From NCBI RefSeq assembly GCF_964355755.1, contig NC_092671.1:11098001-11162000 (forward strand): 64,000 nt of DNA, given 5' to 3'. Numbering within the stretch: the stretch's first letter is position 1; every line of letters begins with the position of its first letter. A model generated the notes under the pieces. It made no database searches and was not told the origin of the DNA. It saw only the letters and a program-made list of their open reading frames with translations. Positions 14,371 to 25,700 of this stretch are shown here, piece after piece. The stretch comes from Antedon mediterranea. Lineage: Eukaryota; Animalia; Echinodermata. The translations under genes and the position numbers were made by a program.

Positions 14371-15223
14371 GTTTTTGGCGATGATAAAAATTGCGTCGAT
14401 GATGAAATTGCGTCGATGAAAATTGCATCGACGCAATGTAGATTGCGTCGACGCAATTTACATTGCGTCGATGAAAATTGCATCGATGAAAATTGCGTCG
14501 ATGAAAATTGCGTCGATGAAAACTGCATCGATGAAAATTGCGTCGATGAAAACTGCATGGATGAAAATTGATGTGATGAATTTAATTGATTATGAAAATT
14601 CCAAATGGTTTTAATTCAATCAATGATGAAAATGACTACTAGTAAAGTAAATGATGATGTTAATAATGATGTTAATAATGTTATTATGTTGCTAAAAATT
14701 GACGGTTTCTGAATATTTTGATATGATAAACATGTTTACCGCTTGCGCTAGCGCGCGTTATAGACAAGCGCACAGTGAGCGCGCACTAAAACAATGTTGA
14801 AATATATGCACTGATTAACATTTTAGTGATTTATTGTCAACACATTTTAGCAATGGATCCATTATTGTCCTTTCGGACACATTATATCTTCTAGCTAATT
14901 GCTTCCGTTAATCCACCAGTTCAGTACATAAAATTCAGATGTCCAGCATCCATGACATCATATTCAAATCATACCGGCAGGGAGATCGCACTTTTCATCG
15001 ATGCAGTTTTCATCGATGCAGTTTTCATCGACGCAATTTTCATCGACGCAATTTTCATCACATTAACGCAATTTTCATTACATCGACGCAATTTTCATCG
15101 ACGCAATGTTCATCACATCGACTTAAATTTTCATTACATCAATACTATATTCATCGACGCAATTTTCATCACATCGACGCAATTTTCATTGCATCATCGA
15201 CGCGATTTTATCATCGCCTAAAC
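14371..15223. repeat. Inner foldback: inverted arms built from a 15-bp tandem repeat around a ~420-bp spacer
   Basis: (TGCGTCGATGAAAAT)n at ~14390-14570 and its reverse complement at ~14990-15200. The outer ends TTTGGCGATGATAAAA and TTTTATCATCGCCTAAA match. Confidence 0.92.
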
Positions 15224-15534
15224 TGGCATCGCGATGAATTTTTCAGTAGATGTAATGAGACAGTTCAGTAGATGTAATGACAGTTAATTTAATTGTTCTG
15301 CTCTTTTTGTACAAATCTATACTACTTTATATTATGGATTTTGTAGTACTGTTAAAATGATTAAATCTCTGGAAGTGTGTTTTACGAGTATGTCCGCAAA
15401 TTTATGCGTTTACGGTTTTAAAATGTGAGTTTTAAATAGCGAACATGATCTTGTTAGGTGCACTACGCACGCAGTATTCCAAAATGTCTTACTAATTGGG
15501 AGAAAATCATATTGTATCATATCATATTATATCC

Positions 15535-16590
15535 ATTCTTTAAATTCATATTCTTTATCCAAAACTAAATTGGTATAGTAAAACACAGTGCTAGCAATTT
15601 ATCATATTATTAAATGTTTCATATTCTTTATCATTGTGTTTTACTCTAATCAAATTGGTATAGTAAAACACAGTGCTAAATTGCTATGTGAATGTCATTT
15701 ATCATATTTTTAAATGTTTCCTATTCTTTATCATTGTGTTTAACTCTAACCAAATTGGTTATAGTAAAACACAGTGCTAAATTGCTATGTAAATGTTATA
15801 TATCATATTATTAAATTCCTATTCTTTATCATTGTGTTTTACTCTAACCAAATTGGTTATAGTAAAACACAGTGATAAATTGCTATGCAAATGTAATTTA
15901 TCATATTATTAAATGTTTCCTATTCTTTATCATTGTGTTTTACTCTAACCAAATTGGTTATAGTAAAACACAGTGATAACTTGCTATGTAAATGTAATTT
16001 ATCATGTTATTAAATGTTTCCTATTCTTTATCGTTGAGTTTTACTCTAATCAAATTGGTTATAGTAAAACACAGTGCTAAATTGCTATGTAAATGTTATA
16101 TATCATATTATTAAATGTTTCCTATTCTTTATCATTGTGTTTTACTCTAATCTGATTGGTTATAGTAAAACACAGTGCTAAATTGCTATGTGAATGTCAT
16201 TTATCATGTTATTAAATGTTTCCTATTCTTTATCATTGTGCTTTACTCTAACCAAATTGGTTATAGTAAAACACAGTGCTAAATTGCTATGTAAATGTCA
16301 TTTATCATGTTATTAAATGTTTCTTATTCTTTATCATTGTGTTTTACTCTAACCAAATTGGTTATAGTAAAACACAGTGCTAAATTGCTATGTAAATGTA
16401 ATTTATCATATTATTAAATGTTTCCTATTCTTTATCATTGTGTTTTACTCTAACCAAATTGGTTATAATTTATTTAATTTCATTTCAAAAGACATTTACC
16501 TAAATTTCTATTTAAATGTCATTTATCAAATTATTAAATGTTTCCTATTATTTATCTGGTTATATAGTAAAACACTGTGCTAAATTGCTA
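15535..16590 (-). repeat. Same ~100-bp satellite in inverted orientation, roughly 10 copies (right arm)
   Basis: The monomer is the reverse complement of the 9382-11830 monomer (…GTGCTAAATTGCTATGTAAATGTCATTTATCATATTATTAAATGTTTCCTATTCTTTATC…). Confidence 0.97.
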
Positions 16591-16629
16591 TTGTATTAAG
16601 GACGAGTTCCGAGAAGATGTATTCAAAGC

Positions 16630-16730
16630 TACAACCAATCAGAACAGTGTTAATCAATATAGTCCATGGCTACAGCCAATCAGAAACGTCCAAATCGCAA
16701 TAACCCCTAGGCTAATAGAAATTATTGGTC
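16630..16730. promoter_or_regulatory. CCAAT-box cluster upstream of TDRKH
   Basis: AACCAATCAG (~16633), AGCCAATCAG (~16674) and ATTGG (~16724). Confidence 0.45.
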
Positions 16731-17639
16731 CGTGTAGCCTTTTCAACCAGACGTTGCGAGGTTTAAAAAGTAAAACATGATTTACTCGCCAGTTTGGTAT
16801 AGTTTATATACCTGACGACGCATGCTGCTCAAATATAGCGCCACCACCACATGTCAAAACTGTCAATTCCTTTTCTCAGACTGCTTGCTGGTGGCCTAGG
16901 CTAGAAATAACTGACTAAAAAAAGTAGGGGATGCTTTGTAAAAATAAATAAGTTTTCAACACAGCATGCACTTTATTTATGCCTAGGTTGGCATGTAAAA
17001 TAGGCTACTAGAGTAGTAGGCTATACCTAGGATAGCCTAAATTAGATAGGCCTCGAGTCTAGCCTAGCCTACTTAGACTAGCCTAGCCCTAGCTAGGCCT
17101 AGTAGTAGTAGGCCTAGCCTAGTTAGCTAGCCTAGTAGGCTAAAGGCCTAATAGCCTAGTAGGCCTAGGCCTATATAATATTATGTATATACTTAAATAA
17201 ATAAATAAAATACTTAATTAGTAGCTCTAGGCTAGGCCTAGGCGTAGCCGCCCTTTTAGTAGACCTAGGCCTACTACTGGGAAACTAGCCTAGCTAGTAG
17301 TAGAGAGGGCCAGTTGGCTAAAGGTAGGAATCCTAGCTAGGTAATACTAATAGGAATAGACCAGGACAGTCAGTAGTAAACTAGGCCTGGCCCTATTTCT
17401 TTCCATTATACTTATTATAGGCCTACAGTACTAAAAGTGTATTACTACTATTAAGTAACTATTAGCTCATCTATTGAGTAAACTGTCATTAACAAATCAA
17501 TTGATTGCAGCATTTGCAATGATATAGGCTAATGATATAATAACATAATAATATTCAATTTGAAATATTTTTTATAGATTTGTTTATTTTCATTATGATC
17601 TTTTTCATGATTTCAGTGTCTTCCTGAATGAAGTATAGA

Positions 17640-20600
17640 ATGGGGTTAACCAATCGGCAGGTTGCAGCCTTGGTAGTAACAGTACCACTTTCAGCATTCT
17701 TTCTGTATTTGCTCTTTAAAAAACAAGAGGAAGGTACAGTTTGATTTAAAAAACTACATGTGCTTCATATTTTACTAGAATAGTTCTCAGTTTATCCAGA
17801 AATTATACAATAATTTTATCTCAATATTTATCCACACATCCACTAACTAACAAGATATTCTTTTGTCTTCTAAAGATGATGATTATTTCCCTGAGAATGG
17901 CAACAAAAGTGTTGCATCTGGCCAACAGACTATTGTTGAAATTAAAGTTCCATCGAGATGTGCTGCTGCTATTATTGGTAGAGATGGATCAAACATTAAA
18001 AAGGTACAAAACAGTAATGAATGAATTATATCGTAAGTGAGCAAAATATGAGTTAAGATATCATGAAAAATATATGAGTCCGCTACCCACGTGCAAAACA
18101 TCAAAGGGTCAATCTTCAATCAATCTTTTTCAAGATGAGATTGATTGACAATGAAAAATAAAAGTCTGGTAATATTTTCATTCTTTGCTGATTAATATTT
18201 CACAAAACATGACTTGCCATAATGTTAATGTATGTTTAACATGGCCTACAATATCTGGTAGGACTGTACTGTACATCTCTATTGAAATTGCAGTATATTC
18301 TTACTTAATAGATCTTTTTATTGCTTTTATAGAAATCTATTAATGGCTTTAAGTTTAAAAATAAAAAAATGTGATTATATTTTTACAGATCCAGGCTGAT
18401 ACAGGTGCCAAGGTAAACTTTCAAGATCGTGAAAATAAATCAGAAGAAAGTACAGGTTATCGTGTAGTAAAAATCAGAGGAAAGGTTGAAAATGTGATGT
18501 TGGCGGAGAGACTTGTGCGGAAGTGTATTGAGTCAGCACCTGTTATAAACACAGTAGAAATTATCATTCCAAAACATTATATTGGAAGAATAATAGGTAG
18601 ACTATTGTTTCTATCATATTTATAATAGCTCTTTACTTCATACAAACATCTGTACTGCATATTTTGTTTTTATTCTATTTTTTTTACTTCATACGCATCC
18701 AACCAACTTTTTGGTTTACAGTATCAAAAAAGAAATCGTATAATCCATCCATATCTTTTTATTTCTCATTTATTTATTTTGAATTAATAGCAAGTTTTAG
18801 CTTAGCTAAATAGCAAGCAAGTGCCAAGGCAAGGTTTTTTGGTGATTGTATTTTAAAAGAGGTCTTTTTTTCTTTAGGAAAGAGTGGAACAAACATACGC
18901 AGCTTATGTGAAATAAGTCAAGCAAAAATAAAGATTGAAAGAGGTGGAAATAACCGAGATCCAAAATTGTGCAAAATATCTGGAACTGATGAACAGATAG
19001 CATTTGCTAAGGTACTAATTGAATACTTTATTTCAGGATGTTAATTGAAAGCTCTAGTATTGTGCTAAACTAGTATACAATATAACAATCACTTTAGTCT
19101 AGCCAATCATGCTTAGTTATTTACCCGGGTAAGTAGTTCTTCAACTAAAGCTCTATCTACACTATCAACAAAATGTGATGTGCCCAAATATGGTAGTGAT
19201 ATGCTCAAATATGGTAGTGATATGACATCATCGTGTCCATATATGAGCAAACAATTTTTTGTCACATGAAGTTAGTTACAAGATAGTGCAGACCGAGCTT
19301 AATAAATGCGTAAAAAACTAATCCCAAATGCGTCCCATGATTGAGGCAAATACTGTACAAAAGTCCTGTTTCGTCAATGTTATTATATAAAGTAAATATT
19401 TAAATATATTGTATAAGAAAACAAGATATTTTAGCTAGCTTTAATACCATACCCCACACACATGCTGTAGTAGGGCAGAAGATGAATTAATTATTTGACC
19501 AAATATATATTTGTAGTCTTCATTTAACCAATTTAATTTTTCTTGAAATAAGTCATTGCTTGATGAAGAGATACGTAAAGAGGATGAGATTGACAGACGA
19601 AATGAAATTGCCTCACAAGACAGAAAACCAAGGGGTAGCAAACTGAACAGTCCAGCTGAAGAAATCAACTATAAATTAGACCAACCAGTTAAGCAACCAA
19701 AGAGTATGACAGTATTTTATTTCATCCTGTATGTTTGCTCTTTTGAAGAAATACAGAAATTATCTGAGTGCATTCAATACCCTAGCTATTCCAAACTGGT
19801 AGTTGGTTAACATCTGAAAAAGGGACACCCATAATAAGTAGACACTTCCGAACAATGGGCTATATATATACTGTGGACTGCCAACACTTATTCAGGGGAC
19901 ACTCCTTTATTAAGGGGACACATGATTGGGTTTATATTGCAAACATGGCCTGTGGCTGTTTACTTTTATTTTACTTTTTGGTTAACTTTTTTGTTAATTG
20001 CTACCATTTAATTTTCTTCTCAGGTATAACTTCTCAGGAACAGAAGTCACGATTGATGCCATTACCCGACCACAGTGATTACTTTGCGGTCTTCATCTCG
20101 GCTGTGGAGCATCCTGGGCATTTCTGGATGCAGATTCTTGGCAGCCCAAGCAAAGCACTCAACTTAGATATTCTTATGCAGTCAATGACAGAGTATTTTA
20201 GCAGGCCAGTTGATGGTGAGGTATGAAAACAGAGTTAATTTTTGAATCCGTAATTAAATAGAATCAACGTACAATGCCATCTTGCATATCTCTTTTGGAT
20301 TAATATCTTTTTTTTGTATTTGAAGAAATATTATGTAGATTATTACAATTAATGTCAAATTCCAATTATTATTTGCAACTGCCATAACAATAGCCAACAA
20401 ATGTAGGAGAATAATCTTGTTTGATTTGTTTTCAGTCCGATAAAGTAAGTTGTATACGTATTGGAGACATAGTGGCAGCCCCATTTCAACATGATGATAA
20501 TTGGTACCGAGCAAAAGTTGTTGGATTTCTTGATGAAGGACTTGTTGATGTTTATTATGTTGATTATGGTGACAATGGCAGTGTACACAGAGAGCAATTA

Positions 20601-21611
20601 AAAGAACTAAGGTATAATTGTCATAATTCCCTTCCAATAATTGTGTTTTCCCCCGCCTGAGTGAAATCAAACCTGATGTTTGCATCATCGGTTCACACTT
20701 GTGATTACGCAATACAACACCTTGCATCAATACGTCGATCCGTTGCGTTCTAGTGGGAACCACACTTCAGTTTGTAAAACTGATAAGCATCTACTAATCT
20801 CCTTTGTTTAAACAATGTTTTGACAGTAAACTAATAGACATAATCACTTTTATGTATTCCCTCTCAATTTACATTTTTGATGTTTAAATTTCTGTTTAGG
20901 AGTGATTTCCTAGGCTTGCCGCATCAAGCTACAGAGTGCTGCCTAGCTGGCGTTGAACCACTCAGTAAGTACTCTTCAATTCAGGTGTTTCTACCATCAT
21001 TATGTTAAATAAATCGCTAGAATACTTTATTTATAATAATATACAGAATTTATATGATATACTAAAATTTAATAAAAAAAATTTGAAATGATAAAAATGA
21101 GGAAATTTGTGAGAATAAGAATATTTGCATTTCATTACTTTCAATAAACTTTATTTGATACATTTTTTATTTAAGATGAGTTCTGGTCTGAAGCTGCTAT
21201 AGATAAGTTTGAAGAACTTACCTATTGTGCACAATGGAAGCCTCTGATGGCAAAGGTCCTTTCTTACAAATCTACAGAAAATGGTACTTTACCGAGTTTA
21301 GAGTTGGTCGATACCAATAAAGAAGAGGTGACATTTTTTTATAGTTTTGGATATTTCATTATATAACATTGTTGTCAACTCGATGACTTTTAATCACTTA
21401 TTATTTATGGTACATATTTGAGGCTTATTTAATCAATTTTAATGGGAATGTTCCTTTTGTCACTTTGTTTATTTTTAAGGATATTTTAATAGCTTCCAAG
21501 TTGAGGGAGTCTGGTTTGGCAATTAAAGAAACGACACAGGTTTCAGATGAACATACTTTATTCCCATCTATCAATGAAACAGCAAAAATGATTCAAGAAA
21601 ACGCAGAGTGA
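17640..21611 (+). CDS. TDRKH: Tudor and KH domain-containing protein (TDRKH/Papi, piRNA pathway), 10 coding exons (17640-17733, 17876-18003, 18389-18596, 18878-19011, 19553-19703, 20024-20220, 20436-20611, 20900-20964, 21176-21327, 21480-21611)
   Basis: N-terminal hydrophobic anchor (VAALVVTVPLSAFFLYLLFKK), two KH GxxG loops (IIGRDGSNIK, IIGKSGTNIR), an extended Tudor domain (SAVEHPGHFWMQ…DNWYRAKV…YYVDYGDN) and FEELTYCAQWKPL. All phases are consistent. Confidence 0.95.
19149..19299. mobile_element. PIF/Harbinger-type MITE, family B
   Basis: TIR AGCTCTATCTACACTATC, TAA on both sides and internal CAAATATGGTAGTGATATG repeats. Confidence 0.82.
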
Positions 21612-22761
21612 CTGTCTTTTCCAGAACGATTATCTGTCTGTGAGTAGATTTGCCTTTTAGAATCTCAGGATGTTTTTATATCACTAAAATTACTACAAAC
21701 CACTACTTCACTCTCTCTTCACCTCAAATTGGAAAACAAGAAGAATCGTGATTTTTTTTTAGAAGCTATTTGAAAACCATTTTTGTTACCCCTAAAACTG
21801 TCGTCATTGGCGTGTAAGTACGTGAGCCGTCTTTGTTTAGGGCAGTACAAGGCCCATACAAGAGTATAAAGCTCTGGGTGAGGCCAGTACAAGGGTGTCC
21901 AGTTTTTTGTGAGGGCATATTACAGTATACTTGACACTATACGAAATAACAGACATTTATTTTTGGTGTTGTTTTTTTTTTATTTGTTGCAATGCCTATA
22001 CTATTTACTTTCACAGAAAATAGAAAATCTTGAACATGATTTACCAGTTCAAATCTTTAAAAAATATGATACAGATGAGTCGTTACAAAGAAAATCAAAT
22101 TTAATCACAAGATTAAATTATGATTGTATCTGCCATGTGTTACACACCATTTTATACTTAAATCCTGTCTAGTGAAAATGTATGATATTTCACGTTTCAT
22201 TCCAAGTTTACAGTATTAGTAATAATGTAAAATATGTTGTTAATTTTAAAATGTACACTAGGTCTGTGTATTAAACCTATAGTTTAACTATTAGACTGCG
22301 TTCGTATGAAAAATGTTGCGTTTTATAGAATACTTGGTATGTAATAAAACTACGTATTGGTGTTTTTTTCATTCTATGGAATCGTTTATTAAAAATTAAT
22401 TTGTTGAGTTTACACGGTAAAACTACAAATTGTTATTACGGAATGGAAATGCTGATGTTGATATACAATAATATGCCAATTTAATGCAACAAAATGAAAC
22501 TATCATCAACATTTTTTAAACCAGTAAATGTAAATCGGAAGTCGAAGTTAACTTTAAAATACAGTGCATACACATGCTTCACAACTTTTATACCAGAAAA
22601 CTCTCTAATCTCCATTCAGTTTTATTAAAAACAAATCCTATGCTCTACATGTTGGTAGTCAAGAAAGAAATGGTATGATATACATTAGCTTTAAAAATCA
22701 AATTAAATATGTTGTTAATTTGAAATATTTCTTTTTCCAATGTTGCACTACTCCATATTTC

Positions 22762-25700
22762 TTACTCCACATTCCCCCATTTTGTCATCATTGTCTCGGT
22801 TCCATTCTAAAGGAAGTGAAAACAAAACTGTAAAACATTTAATAAACATAAAACATTTGACAAACATATTTGTATTTTTTAAAATAAATGTATGAACATT
22901 TAAAAAACATATTTAATATATTTTTTACTACAGTGATGCAACCGATATCAATTACATGCGTTGATTTCGACAACAAATAAAAAAACTTTATACTACAGCC
23001 ATAATTCATGTTTCAGGTCAATGTATGGTGTACAAACCTGTGATAGTGGGGCTACAGATGTATGCCTGGCATGTTTAATCCAAGCTTTTGATACCTAAAA
23101 ATAATGTACATACTTTTGGTTAGTAGAGGTCTTGTTTAGACAGGATCACATTAGATTTAGTGACTATTGTTAATGATTATAAAAATAGTCCAAATAGAGT
23201 GACCATTTTAAATTCATTATGATAATTTATATCCACATGAATTCAAAACTGACCTACAGTATAGCAAAAAGTTTGTATATTTTTCAGAAAATCAACATAC
23301 TGCAACATACACAATTTGTTTGAATTGTGCCCTTCAACCCAGAAAATAGTTGTATAGTACATATACACTACAGTCAACTCTCCCAATACTGGACTCTTTG
23401 AAAACCAGGAAATTTTCTCAAAACCAGACTTTTGTATGTCCCAAATTCATTTTTACTCTTAGAAACACATTCGAAATACCAGACTTTCCAGAAAACCAGA
23501 CATATTAGGCTATCTAAGGTGTCTGGTATTGGGAGAGTTGACTGTATATGAAAGTATTAAAGTATTGCATGGTATAACATACCTCCGAGCTAAGCCTGAA
23601 TTGTGTTAGCCATATCATAAGTCCTAGACTTGAGTTTAAGATGACATGTATGTAATTAACAAATGCTGAGCACATTGAAAACATTAGCACGGCAGATATC
23701 CATGTTGCGCCAACAAGTGGAAACAGAAAAACACCTTTCAACCCAACATCTCTGTGTCAAATACATTAAATAGAGCATACATTAGAATAATAATATGTGG
23801 CAAGTACAGAAGAATTGTGTTCTGTATAAATTTTGTATATTGAATGCATAAGTCCAGATTTGTAATTCTGTTTTGTTTCATACCTTAATTTACTCCCTGA
23901 GTAACTTTTTATGTTATTTTTAAAGTTGTGTATGTGTTATGTCGTTTCCTAAGTGATGTGTATATAAATAACATTTATATGGATAACTTCTGGACCCATT
24001 AGAGGGATGTTGGCCATAGTGTAACACATACAGTATATTCCCCCATTCCCTAAATTCCCCTGAATGTCTCAAAGAAGGCCTTCTACTATAATTCCATTTT
24101 GTATTGGTTTAATAATTAGCATTTACTTAATGATTCTTATCCTCTCTTTTGCATTTGAATTGTCAAGAAGAGATTTCTTTTTCTTGTAGGCAACGCCCAA
24201 GATGCTCATTAACATAATCATATTCACCTAAAAGAGTACAGCAATTATTATAACACACAAATGTATATATATGCCAGTGGTTTATTGCAATATTTTAGTG
24301 TCAAATTTGAAATTATTTAATATTTAAATTATTTAGTTTTAGAGCAACGTATACTTACAAGCAGTGTAAAAGAAATCGGTATTATTAAAACAATAGATCG
24401 GCTTCCACGTGCGTTTATCCAGCACCTAAAGAAATGTGTGATCATTTTTTATTTTATCCCAAAAATGAAAAAAAAAAAAAAACACTAACAATACGTATAT
24501 TTAAATTAACTTTACTTTTCGTTGGCGTAGTCCTGTCCTGAAACCCCCATTAAGATTCCAATGAAAATGGCAGGAAAACTCCAACCAATGACACGATAGT
24601 ATTTTAATTTCAAATCATGGTCACTGAACGGGTTTCTGACTTTAAAGTACAGGTCACTGGTGTAAATAAGCATCCAGCACAATGAGCTCATTAATGAATA
24701 ATGAAGAATTCCAGCCAATGCATAGCAACCAACCTAAAATAGTGAGATCAGAAAAAATTGGTTGATATATTTATTGTTTGTTTTATTCTTTAATTGAGAA
24801 AGTTTGGCTTAGATGGCCCTCAACAGACCCAGAGCAACCACAGTACAACACCCTAGTCTATAGTTTGGCTTAGATGGCCCTCAACAGACCCAGAGCAGCC
24901 ACAGTACAGCACCCTAGTCTATAGTTTGGCTTAGATGGCCCTCAACAGACCCAGAGCAACCACAGTACAACACCCTAGTCTATAGTTTGGCTTAGATGGC
25001 CCTCAACAGACCCTGAGCAGCCACAGTACAGCACCCTAGTCTATAGTTTGGCTTAGATGGCCCTCAATAGACCCACAGCAACCACAGTACAGCACCCCCT
25101 AGTCTATAGTTTGGCTTAGATGGCCCTCAACAGACCCAGAGCAGCCACAGTACAGCACCCTAGTCTATAGTTTGGCTTAGATGGCCCTCAACAGACCCAC
25201 AGCAACCACAGTACAGCACCCTAGTCTATAGTTTGGCGGTCTACTATTCCACACTTAGCACGAATCCTTTAAGTTTAATGTTTAGTTTAGATCTTCTTTG
25301 ATGTATTTTATTTCTCAGTTGATTGTAATCCAACCTTTTCAGCTCTTGCTGCTGGTTGGAATTTGATGTTTTTATACCTTAATAAATAAATAAAATAAAT
25401 AAATAAATAGATGGCTCTCAACAGACCCAGAGCAGCCACAGTACCGCACCCTAGTCTATAGTTTGGCTTAGATGGCCCTCAACAGGCCCACAGCAACCAC
25501 AGTACAGCACCCTAGTCTATAGTTTGGCTTAGATGGCCCTCAACAGAACCACAGTACAGCACCATAGTCTATAGTTTGGCTTAGATGGCCCTCAACAGAC
25601 CCACAGTAGCCACAGTACAGCACCCTAGTCTATCTTTTCCAACTTACTTCTGGTAATGCATCACTTGACACAAGAAACTGGTAAAATGCCAGATAGTGTA

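Larger units (their letters stand above)
8979..16813. mobile_element. Putative non-autonomous foldback-type composite element (~7.8 kb)
   Basis: 8979-9025 and 16767-16813 are inverted repeats (42/47 identical by manual alignment). The flanks are TACGACG (8972-8978) and GACGACG (16814-16820). The interior holds opposed satellite arrays and nested inverted repeats, with no transposase ORF visible. Confidence 0.6.

Noticed and set aside
14095-15271. ORFs with DENCV/MKIAS/FIDAI pentapeptide repeats
   Set aside because: They are translations of the 15-bp repeat that are open in several frames and on both strands, with no splice or domain support.
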